From assembly GCA_963693055.1 (NCBI GenBank), contig OY843751.1, positions 4,544,001 through 4,608,000 on the forward strand: a stretch of 64,000 nt of DNA. The letters run 5' to 3'. The notes below the pieces were generated by a model, which had not been told where the DNA came from, searched no databases, and saw only the letters and a program-made list of their open reading frames with translations. How positions within the stretch are numbered: the stretch's first letter is position 1; each line of letters begins with the position of its first letter. The DNA is from a bacterium (GTDB lineage Bacteria > Zhuqueibacterota > Zhuqueibacteria > Residuimicrobiales > Krinioviventaceae). A program made the translations under genes and the position numbers. Of the stretch, positions 44,487-53,226 are shown in pieces.

Positions 44487-46823
44487 TTACTCATACCTCA
44501 ACGTTTTTACAGGATCCATCGTTGCGACTTTGAGGGTTTGCCAGCTTGTGGTGAATACAGCAATTCCTAAAGCCATAAATCCTGCCAGTACGAATATCCA
44601 AAATTGCAAATCAATACGATACGCATAATTCTGCAGCCACTTGTTCATCATGTACCAGGTTAGCGGCCAGGCGATAATATTTGCCGCCAATACCCAGCGT
44701 GCAAAATCACTTGTCATTAAAAGGATGATTCCCGATACCGGCGCACCTAAAACTTTACGGATGCCAATTTCCTTGGTGCGTTGTTCAGCGGTAAACATGG
44801 ACAAGCCCAGCAATCCCAAGCCCGCAATAACCAGAGCAAGCGCTGTAAAACTGTTGATTACATTTTCAACTTTTTGATCAGCTTTATAATAATCATTAAT
44901 TTCTTCATCTATAAAACTGTACTCAAATGGATCATCAGGGACCAGAGTCTTCCAGAGGGACTCTATTTCATTGATTGTACTGTTCAAACCCGTGGGTTCT
45001 ACTCGTACTATTAAAAATCTTGTATTTTCTGCTTTATTATTGATCATTAACGGACCAATCTTTTCGTGTAGTGAACGAAAATTAAAATCCTTTACAACCC
45101 CAATAACCGTTCGATCACCAACCCGCTTACCCACAGCATCATCAAATCCCATCATTTTCATGGCAGCTTCATTGATCACCAGGCTTGAGGAAGAATCAGA
45201 CGGAAACTCGCGCGAGAAAAAACGTCCCTGTACCATCTGCATTTCAAGGGTACTCACCATATCATTATCCGCAGATAATATATGGATCAGGAAATTCTCT
45301 TCACCTCTTCGCTCTTCCCAGTCATCCATAACGATAGAATGCCCAAGATATGAAGGTGAATACGAAACCCCACTCGCGCTCGTTACAAAACGGCATCCCT
45401 CTATCTCTCTTTTCAATAATTCAATTTGGGTTGCCGGTTTATTTTGCAAATCTATCAATAAAACATTTCTCTGATTATACCCAAGTTTATGGTTACGCAT
45501 ATAATGCAGCTGCTGATTTATTACCATTGAACTGGCAATCAAAACAATGGTTATAACAAACTGAAATGAAACCAACACCCGGCGAAAAGCTTTACCTTTT
45601 AACCCAAATCCCGATTTAGCTTTCAATACTTTAACCGGATTAAATGATGACATAAAGAATGCAGGATAACTACCGGATATCACTCCGGTCAAAAACGCGA
45701 TCAATATAAATCCAATCAATATCCTGACATCCTGGATTATCCTGATTGATAATTGTTTACCGGAAATCATTTCAAAAACAGGCATGAACAGTTTCAATAA
45801 CACCAGGGAGATCAGAAAAGCAGTAAACGTGTAAATCAGTGTCTCGCCCATAAACTGCATTACCAAATCTTTTTTCCCGGCCCCTATCACTTTGCGCAGC
45901 CCCACCTCCATTGAACGGTTACCTGCTCTCGCGGTGCTCAGATTCATAAAATTGATACATGCCAGCAACAACACAATCACAGCCAATATTGAAAAAATAT
46001 AAATATATCGTATATCCCCATTACCGCCCATACCCCACATGGTCCCGGATCTCAAATGGATATCGGTCAATGGCTGCAAGGACAGATCAACAAGCGCATC
46101 TTTAAACCGGTCTTTAATAATGGGTTTAATTTTTTCATCAACAACGCTTTCGTCAATTCCATCTTTCAGCTTGACAAATGTAGAGAACGCGTAATAATTC
46201 CAATTCTCTTTGGGTTCTCCAAAGTTGTCAATGGATTCAAAAGGAATAATAAACTTGAAACTATGGATTGTATTAGAGGGCAGTGTTTTCAAAACACCGG
46301 TAACTTTATAATCATGTTTACTGTCAATACGCAGTGTCTTTCCCAAAGCGTCAACAGTGCCAAAATACTTTATTGCCATGGGCTCTGTCAATAGAATTGA
46401 CATGGGTTCAGTTAATGCATTCTCAGGTGTTCCGCTTGCAAATCCAAAACTGAAATAGTCGAAAAAATTCTGATCAGCACACAAGATCCGTGTTTCGTTG
46501 AATTGCTTGTCTTCATATTGTAACACATGCTTCCCAATGGATTTCATGCGCAGAGCACTCTGAATTTCAGGATAATCCGTGGCAAGTAATGGTCCAAGGT
46601 CTGGTGGATTGGTTGAAAACAACAAAACCTCTCCGTTTGAATAAGTTTCAATATCGATTACCCGGTAGATTTTCTCCGCATCGTCATGAAACCGGTCAAA
46701 GCTTAACTCATCCTGCACCCATAATAAAATAAATAACGCGCAAACCATACCCAGCGCCAATCCCAGAATGTTGATTGTAGAATGGATTTTATTTTTTAAT
46801 AATTGCCTGATTATAATCTTCAT
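44487..46823 (-). CDS. MacB/FtsX-type ABC permease, copy 3
   Basis: ACINFMNLSTAR, RTKEIGIRKVLGA, DPVKTLRYE. Confidence 0.92.
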   Translation of the reverse strand: MKIIIRQLLKNKIHSTINILGLALGMVCALFILLWVQDELSFDRFHDDAEKIYRVIDIETYSNGEVLLFSTNPPDLGPLLATDYPEIQSALRMKSIGKHVLQYEDKQFNETRILCADQNFFDYFSFGFASGTPENALTEPMSILLTEPMAIKYFGTVDALGKTLRIDSKHDYKVTGVLKTLPSNTIHSFKFIIPFESIDNFGEPKENWNYYAFSTFVKLKDGIDESVVDEKIKPIIKDRFKDALVDLSLQPLTDIHLRSGTMWGMGGNGDIRYIYIFSILAVIVLLLACINFMNLSTARAGNRSMEVGLRKVIGAGKKDLVMQFMGETLIYTFTAFLISLVLLKLFMPVFEMISGKQLSIRIIQDVRILIGFILIAFLTGVISGSYPAFFMSSFNPVKVLKAKSGFGLKGKAFRRVLVSFQFVITIVLIASSMVINQQLHYMRNHKLGYNQRNVLLIDLQNKPATQIELLKREIEGCRFVTSASGVSYSPSYLGHSIVMDDWEERRGEENFLIHILSADNDMVSTLEMQMVQGRFFSREFPSDSSSSLVINEAAMKMMGFDDAVGKRVGDRTVIGVVKDFNFRSLHEKIGPLMINNKAENTRFLIVRVEPTGLNSTINEIESLWKTLVPDDPFEYSFIDEEINDYYKADQKVENVINSFTALALVIAGLGLLGLSMFTAEQRTKEIGIRKVLGAPVSGIILLMTSDFARWVLAANIIAWPLTWYMMNKWLQNYAYRIDLQFWIFVLAGFMALGIAVFTTSWQTLKVATMDPVKTLRYE

Positions 46824-46842
46824 TTTATACCTTTTTTATTCT

Positions 46843-46919
46843 GGTTTTCAGTAATCAGTTGGCAGTTTACAGTAACAAGTTCCGTTTTACTGATAACTGA
46901 ATACTGATAACCGTCAACT
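46843..46919. repeat. Inverted heptamer-repeat hairpin (type A)
   Basis: ggttttcagtaatcagttggcagtttacagt-aacaagttccgtttt-actgataactgaatactgataaccgtcaact. Confidence 0.85.
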
Positions 46920-49289
46920 TTATTCATACCTCAACGCCTTTACCGGATCAGCCGTTGCCGCTTTAATCACCTGCAAACTCACGGTCAGCATGGCAATCAA
47001 AAGCGCTGCGGCACCTGCCAGCAAAAACGGCCATACGGTAATATTAATCCGGTAAGCAAAATTCTCTAACCATTTATGCATAGCATACCAGGCTATGGGC
47101 CAGGAAATCACACTGGAAATCAGAATACGATTTATAAATCCACCCAGCAATAATCTGAGAATACTGCTCAATGAAGCGCCCAGCACTTTACGTACACCAA
47201 TCTCTTTGGTGCGTTTTTCAGCCATAAACGAGGCAAATCCAAACAGTCCCAGGCACGAGATAAATATGGCAAATACGGTAAATCCGTTAAAAAGGAGTTT
47301 GATCCGCTGTTCCAATTGATACATGCGTTCATATCGTTCATCCAAAAAGCTGTATTCCAGGGGATATCCTGTCACGCGTCTGTCCCAAACACTTTTAATT
47401 GACCGGACACTCTCATCGATCCTGTCACCGGTTCGTACCAAAAGAGTGAATCCCATAGCGCTGATGGGCTCTTCTGTCATGGGTAAAAATACTTGTGGTT
47501 CCACGCTTTTATGCAGCGAGTGAAAATTGGCATCTTTGATCACACCCACAATAGTTCTCGGATTGTCATTTCCATAAACCGTGATCGTTTTCCCGATGGG
47601 GTCTGTTATACCCATCCGGCTCAAACCGGTTTCATTGATAATAACCGAGTTATTCACATCTCCGGGATGTTCCAATGAAAAACTCCTGCCAAACAAAAGC
47701 GCTACATTCAGGTCCGATAAATAGGATTCGTTGATCCAGTTGACCTCCCACAATACATCCTCATCCGGGTCGTTGCCCTGCCAGTTCACGGATTGGGTGG
47801 CACGGGCTATATGCTCGGGAGAACAGTTTTTCACAGCCACACCGGCAATTCCGGGTTGACGCAGCAGTTCATCCCGCATGGATTCATAATCCACATCAAC
47901 ACCCCGGTTTACTTCCACACACAATACATTATCTTTATTGAAACCCAAAGATTTGTTCTGCAGAAAATGTACCTGCTCATTTACAACCAGCATTCCGGTT
48001 ATTAATGCAATAGACAGGGAAAACTGAACAATAGTGAGTATATGACGGAACCCAAAAGTTTTTCCCGCTTGAATTTTTTGTTTAAATGCCCCTTGCGGCT
48101 TGATCGCTGAAAGATAAAACGCGGGATATGCTCCCGCAATCAATGCGGTAACAATCAAAATGCCCACCAACGAGAACAAGAACCTCGGATCGACCAGATT
48201 CAATGCACATACAGAACTTGATAATTTTGCATAAATGGGACATCCTATAACTGCAAGTCCCAGTGCAAGGATAAATGCTGCAAATGTAATCAGAAACGAT
48301 TCACCCATAAACTGCATTACAATATCTTTTCTGGCTGCTCCCATCACCTTTTTCAAACCGATCTCTTTGGCGCGATTGGTAAACCGGGCTGTGGATATGC
48401 TCATATAGTTGATACAGGCTATGAGCAAAATGAAAACAGCAATGACAGAAAATATATAAATATAATTTCGGTTCACGTTGGTACTGTCATCATTGAACAA
48501 GCCAGGCTCTAGATGTATAGATTGTAACGGCTGTAATTCAAAACTCTTGTTTGTATTCGGATTCGAATTATTCTTCTTATACAACGCGGTAATATTACCG
48601 GCTACCGCCTGGGGGTCGGATTGCTCATCTATCAATACATATGTATATGTGGGGAACCGGTTCCAGCGTGTCAGCAGATCGTTACGTTTTTCAGCCGCTT
48701 CAAAAGAAGTCAGAAAACGGAATCCCATATGCGAGTTTTCCGGCCAATCCTTTATAACCGCTGAAACGGTCATCAATTGATCATTCACCTCTAGCTGTCG
48801 GTTGAGCGGATATTGATCGCCAAAATATTTTTTTGCCGCGCTTTCCGTAAAAACAATCCTGCCCGGAGCAGATAATGCATTTCGGGCATCACCAGCTAAA
48901 AACTCGACTGAAAAAATATCAAAAAAGGACGGGTCAGCTACCGCCACCCCATTTTCAAACATGGCTTCATTATTATAACGAAACAATGTATTAACCCCGC
49001 TCCTGAACCGCGTTGCATTTACCACCTGCGGCAATTCTTGTTCAAGCTCAGGCGCCATTGGACCGGGAGTAGAAGCCCATTTTGCAGCATCATCATGAAA
49101 ATCAGCTATCACCCGGTAAACCCGTTCCGATTTTTCATTAAATGCGTCATACCCTAACTCATGCTGCACCCACTGTAAAATAAATATCACACAGGCCAAA
49201 CTCACCGCCAGCCCGGTTATATTTAAAATGGAGTATTGTTTATGTTTTAACAAATTTCGTATCGCAATTTTCAGATAATTAATTAACAT
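46920..49289 (-). CDS. MacB/FtsX-type ABC permease, copy 2
   Basis: MLINYLKIAIRNL, ACINYMSISTAR, DPVKALRYE. Confidence 0.93.
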   Translation of the reverse strand: MLINYLKIAIRNLLKHKQYSILNITGLAVSLACVIFILQWVQHELGYDAFNEKSERVYRVIADFHDDAAKWASTPGPMAPELEQELPQVVNATRFRSGVNTLFRYNNEAMFENGVAVADPSFFDIFSVEFLAGDARNALSAPGRIVFTESAAKKYFGDQYPLNRQLEVNDQLMTVSAVIKDWPENSHMGFRFLTSFEAAEKRNDLLTRWNRFPTYTYVLIDEQSDPQAVAGNITALYKKNNSNPNTNKSFELQPLQSIHLEPGLFNDDSTNVNRNYIYIFSVIAVFILLIACINYMSISTARFTNRAKEIGLKKVMGAARKDIVMQFMGESFLITFAAFILALGLAVIGCPIYAKLSSSVCALNLVDPRFLFSLVGILIVTALIAGAYPAFYLSAIKPQGAFKQKIQAGKTFGFRHILTIVQFSLSIALITGMLVVNEQVHFLQNKSLGFNKDNVLCVEVNRGVDVDYESMRDELLRQPGIAGVAVKNCSPEHIARATQSVNWQGNDPDEDVLWEVNWINESYLSDLNVALLFGRSFSLEHPGDVNNSVIINETGLSRMGITDPIGKTITVYGNDNPRTIVGVIKDANFHSLHKSVEPQVFLPMTEEPISAMGFTLLVRTGDRIDESVRSIKSVWDRRVTGYPLEYSFLDERYERMYQLEQRIKLLFNGFTVFAIFISCLGLFGFASFMAEKRTKEIGVRKVLGASLSSILRLLLGGFINRILISSVISWPIAWYAMHKWLENFAYRINITVWPFLLAGAAALLIAMLTVSLQVIKAATADPVKALRYE

Positions 49290-49351
49290 TGAATTTCCTG
49301 GAATATTGAAAACACTCTATTTTTATCTATACTAAATTATTATTTATATCT

Positions 49352-49429
49352 AGTCATCAGTAATCAGTCGTCAGTTTACAGCAACAAGTTCCGTTATTAC
49401 TGATAACTGAATACTGACAACCGAAAACT
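49352..49429. repeat. Inverted heptamer-repeat hairpin (type A), near-identical to 46843-46919
   Basis: agtcatcagtaatcagtcgtcagtttacagc-aacaagttccgttatt-actgataactgaatactgacaaccgaaaact. Confidence 0.85.
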
Positions 49430-51742
49430 TTATTCATACCTCAACGCCTCTACCGGATTCGCCGTAGCGGTTTTGATTACCTGCCAGCTTGTGGTCAGTA
49501 GAGCAATGGACAAAGCTGCAATACCCGAGATGGCAAATATCCACCAGCCCAACTCAGTACGATACGCAAAACTCTCAAGCCACTTGTTCATGATATACCA
49601 GCTCATCGGTACAGCGATAACAAATGCAATAACGGTCCATTTCAGCATATCCCGGTTCAGCAGGGCTGTTATCTCCCGCACTGATGCACCATTCACTTTG
49701 CGAATGCCTACCTCTTTGGCGCGACGTCGGGTCGTAAACTGCACCACACCAAAGGTACCCATAGCTGTAATCAGCAGGGCAATTACAGAAAAAATCCGGA
49801 TTGCGAATCCCAGTCTTTCTTCAGATTTATACATGGCATCATACCATTCGTCATAAAAAGAATATTCTAATACAAATTCAGGACAAACCTCATCCCAAAC
49901 ATTCTGGATATAATCCAAAGTGCCTGAAATATTTTCAGGAGCAATTCTCAGAGACAGCCAGGTATAATAGCTATCCTGATTATAAATAAAAAACGCGGGT
50001 TCAAGAGATTTGTACATACTCTCCGTATGAAAATCCTTAACGACTCCAATCACATCATTACCATTAATCTTTTTGTCCACAATTGAATTCCAGTTCACCA
50101 ATTTCCTGGCAGATTCATTAATGATAATGACATTGTTTTTCTCTGTTTCAATAAAATTTCTACCCTCAATGACCGAAATATCAAAAACATTGAAAAAATC
50201 CGTATCTACCATAAAAGTGGATACACTTTCTTTCCAGGTTCCCGCATCATACGCTTCATTCCATCCGTTTCCCATATATACTGCACCGGGACCGCTGTTT
50301 GAACAGGTCACATGATAAATTTGCGGAGATTCTGCAATTTTCTGTTTCAACAAGGGCAGTTTATCCTTGATCCGCCATGACACTTCAATCTTGACCAGGC
50401 AATCCTTGTCAAATCCCCAATCCATATTTTTAACATGCTTCATCTGAAGACTGATCACGATCAGCGCCGTGATCAGGATAATACTTACGGTATACTGCAC
50501 AGTCAGTAATCCCGCCTTGATCTTGAGCGCATTCCCATCAACATTGCGAAACATGGAGAGAACCGAGTAACGCGACGCCAGTATCGCGGGAAACAATCCT
50601 GCCAGTACCGAAATAAAAATCAACCCCGCAGGGATCAACAGGACCGTGGGCATCGAGTAAATATAATTCATATCAAAGGACTTGTTGACAATAGACTCAA
50701 ACACCGGTTTGGTCAAACCGGACAATAAAATAGCTGCCAAAAGTGATATGGCGCCAATCATTACAGATTCCAGAATAAATTGAAAAAATATAGTTTTACA
50801 ACCAGCGCCGACGGTCTTTTTAGTGCCAATCTCTTTGATCCGGGTCATATATTGTGCTGTAAACAAAACAATAAAATTTAAAATCGAGATTAAAAGAACC
50901 AACAGGGCAATTGCTCCCAAAATACGGATCAATCGCAAATTGGCGTGCATTAAATGGCTGCTGTCCCGGGCATCACTGAAATACGAATCTTTTAGAGACA
51001 TCAGATGGACCGGGTTATCCACCATATCATGATCAATTAAATGCGCGGACAATTTTCCATTAACTGCCGAAACATCACTGCCAGGCTCAAGCAGTACAAA
51101 ATAACGGTTAAAATATATTGTCTCACCATCATTTGTATAGCTGTTGACAACTGTTTTCAGGTCTCTGTGAATTATGGCTTTTGGCTGAAGACTGGAATTT
51201 CCAGGCAAGGATTTAATCACTGCACTCACGGTTAGATCATTTTTATGATATACCGTTAACGGTTCTCCAACAGGATTCCGTTCACCAAACAGTTTTTGTG
51301 CAATTTCTTCAGTCAAAATGATGGAATTTATATCGCTCAGAGCTGTCTCTTTGTTACCATATACAAAATCCACATCAAAAATATCAAAGAATGATGGTTC
51401 GGTATGCAGAATTTGATTGACCTTGAACGAATGCAGATCATGGGTCAATGCACCCCGGAAATTGATAAAATAGTTATATCGGCATACCTGTTCAATTTCA
51501 GGGAAATCATGGGTCAGATAATCAATTGCATCTTCGTTAATATCACTCTTGTCACCGTCTTTGATTATCCGATAAATACGGTCGACTTTGCTAAAAGCCC
51601 GGTCATAAGACAATTCATTAAATACAAAAGCGGATAACAGCAGGACCACTGTCAGGCTCAGTGTAAATCCTGATATGGTAATAACCGAGAATGTCTTGTT
51701 CCTGATCAAATTTCTATAAAACAACCGAAAAAAATGGATCAT
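49430..51742 (-). CDS. MacB/FtsX-type ABC permease, copy 1
   Basis: Start MIHFFRLFYRNL after a GGGAG RBS; RAKEVGIRKVNGAS, NPVEALRYE. Confidence 0.92.
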   Translation of the reverse strand: MIHFFRLFYRNLIRNKTFSVITISGFTLSLTVVLLLSAFVFNELSYDRAFSKVDRIYRIIKDGDKSDINEDAIDYLTHDFPEIEQVCRYNYFINFRGALTHDLHSFKVNQILHTEPSFFDIFDVDFVYGNKETALSDINSIILTEEIAQKLFGERNPVGEPLTVYHKNDLTVSAVIKSLPGNSSLQPKAIIHRDLKTVVNSYTNDGETIYFNRYFVLLEPGSDVSAVNGKLSAHLIDHDMVDNPVHLMSLKDSYFSDARDSSHLMHANLRLIRILGAIALLVLLISILNFIVLFTAQYMTRIKEIGTKKTVGAGCKTIFFQFILESVMIGAISLLAAILLSGLTKPVFESIVNKSFDMNYIYSMPTVLLIPAGLIFISVLAGLFPAILASRYSVLSMFRNVDGNALKIKAGLLTVQYTVSIILITALIVISLQMKHVKNMDWGFDKDCLVKIEVSWRIKDKLPLLKQKIAESPQIYHVTCSNSGPGAVYMGNGWNEAYDAGTWKESVSTFMVDTDFFNVFDISVIEGRNFIETEKNNVIIINESARKLVNWNSIVDKKINGNDVIGVVKDFHTESMYKSLEPAFFIYNQDSYYTWLSLRIAPENISGTLDYIQNVWDEVCPEFVLEYSFYDEWYDAMYKSEERLGFAIRIFSVIALLITAMGTFGVVQFTTRRRAKEVGIRKVNGASVREITALLNRDMLKWTVIAFVIAVPMSWYIMNKWLESFAYRTELGWWIFAISGIAALSIALLTTSWQVIKTATANPVEALRYE

Positions 51743-51815
51743 CATTACTCCCAAAATCAATCAATATACCAAATCAACGCACCTGTTCTTTAAATCATCA
51801 TTATTTACCAACCAT

Positions 51816-51905
51816 AGTTTTCAGTCGGTAGTTATCAGTTTTCAAAATACTATTTACATTCCACATAATATTTTACTGATTACAGACTACTGAAAACTGA
51901 CAACT
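51816..51905. repeat. Inverted heptamer-repeat hairpin (type A) after the first ATPase
   Basis: agttttcagtcggtagttatcagttttc ... actgattacagactactgaaaactgacaact. Confidence 0.8.
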
Positions 51906-51910
51906 CGTTT

Positions 51911-52600
51911 TTATACATGAAACTGGTTCTGCATATTTTCTGTCACTACCTTGCCGTCGAACAAGTGCACAATACGATTACTGAATTCCGCGTACGTTGG
52001 CGAGTGGGTTACCATTACAATAGTGGTGCCTTTATCATTCAGCTCGGTGAGAATACTCATCACTTCGTCACCATGACGTGAATCGAGATTACCGGTCGGT
52101 TCATCCGCGAGGATCACTTTGGGATCTGCTACAACCGCACGCGCAACCGCCACACGCTGTTGCTGACCACCGGACAACTGCTGCGGAAAGTGGTTTTTAC
52201 GATGCATGATCTGCATGTATTCCATGGCATGCTCTACACGCTCTTTGCGCTCTTTGGCCGGGACTTTCATATACAGCAGCGGCAGTTCAATGTTCTCAAA
52301 TACTGTCAACTCATCGATCAGATTAAACGATTGAAAGATGAATCCAATATTGCCTTTCCGCAGATTGGCGCGCTGACGTTCGTTGTATTTGGCAACATTC
52401 TCACCATTGAAAAAATAATCACCATCATCAATGGTATCAATCAGCCCAATCACATTCAACAGTGTCGATTTGCCACACCCTGACGGCCCCATTATGGCCA
52501 CAAACTCGCCTTCATTGGCCTGAAAATTAATATTATTCAGCGCCGTTGTCTCAATCTCATCTGTACGATAGACTTTGTTAAGATTTGTTGTTTTGATCAT
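51911..52600 (-). CDS. ABC transporter ATP-binding protein (MacB/LolD type)
   Basis: [33 protein letters not shown]. Confidence 0.95.
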   Translation of the reverse strand: MIKTTNLNKVYRTDEIETTALNNINFQANEGEFVAIMGPSGCGKSTLLNVIGLIDTIDDGDYFFNGENVAKYNERQRANLRKGNIGFIFQSFNLIDELTVFENIELPLLYMKVPAKERKERVEHAMEYMQIMHRKNHFPQQLSGGQQQRVAVARAVVADPKVILADEPTGNLDSRHGDEVMSILTELNDKGTTIVMVTHSPTYAEFSNRIVHLFDGKVVTENMQNQFHV

Positions 52601-52665
52601 TGTTGTGTCCTTTATAAATATTTGCTACATGATTTCTATTTTAATTAAATTTATTGATTCCCAAT

Positions 52666-52695
52666 AGTATTCAGTACTCAGTTTTCAGTATTCAG
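52666..52695. repeat. Heptamer arm downstream of the four-helix-bundle gene
   Basis: agtattc-agtactc-agttttc-agtattc-ag, complementary in register to the (CTGACAA)6 tract. Confidence 0.8.
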
Positions 52696-52705
52696 AAAAA
52701 GCAGG

Positions 52706-53071
52706 TTATTCTTTTTGAGATTTTACTTTCTTGATCAAAGATGTTAACATCCGTTTTATTTCCTGAATCTGTTTTGTCAATTCGTTAAATAAATCAACAT
52801 CAATATATTCCAGGTCATTAGATAACATGATCTGATATTCCAATTCGCTGGCTGATCCCATCGCTATAAACAGAAATCGATTAAAATCAGATTTACTGCT
52901 ACGACAACACCCTTCAGCAATATTCGATGGAATTGACACTGCACATCTTCGTATTTGACTCGTTAAACCAAACATCTCTTCCTTGGGATAATTCTTTGTA
53001 ACTTTATAAATTTTCAATACCATCAAATGACTCTTTTCCCATACTACCAACTTTTTAAAATCCTGCATCAT
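52706..53071 (-). CDS. Four-helix-bundle protein (23S rRNA intervening-sequence protein / Avd-like family)
   Basis: FKKLVVWEKS, YPKEEMFGLTSQIRRCAVSIPSNIAEG, FLFIAMGSASELEYQ signature; GGAGG RBS. Confidence 0.9.
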   Translation of the reverse strand: MMQDFKKLVVWEKSHLMVLKIYKVTKNYPKEEMFGLTSQIRRCAVSIPSNIAEGCCRSSKSDFNRFLFIAMGSASELEYQIMLSNDLEYIDVDLFNELTKQIQEIKRMLTSLIKKVKSQKE

Positions 53072-53127
53072 TTTCCTCCGAGTTATTTATCTACTCCTGA
53101 ATCCTGACTTCTGGCTGATAGTTTTTT

Positions 53128-53169
53128 CTGACAACTGACAACTGACAACTGACAACTGACAACTGACAA
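53128..53169. repeat. Perfect tandem heptamer (CTGACAA)6 upstream of the four-helix-bundle gene
   Basis: Six exact copies; degenerate copies (cctgaat-cctgact-tctggct) at ~53096-53116. Confidence 0.95.
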
Positions 53170-53226
53170 CACTAAAAAAAGATAATAATTATATTCAAGC
53201 ATTCCTTTTAGTTTAAATGCATATTA

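Noticed and set aside
46820-46927. 35-codon bridging ORF from the ATG in TATGAATAA through the hairpin to an ATGA overlap with the next permease
   Set aside because: Present at this junction only; the equivalent frames checked at 49430, 44487, 42026 and 39512 stop early, so it is probably chance.
52706-53071. Diversity-generating retroelement suggested by the Avd-like gene
   Set aside because: No reverse transcriptase in the window and no template/variable repeat pair differing at adenines was seen.
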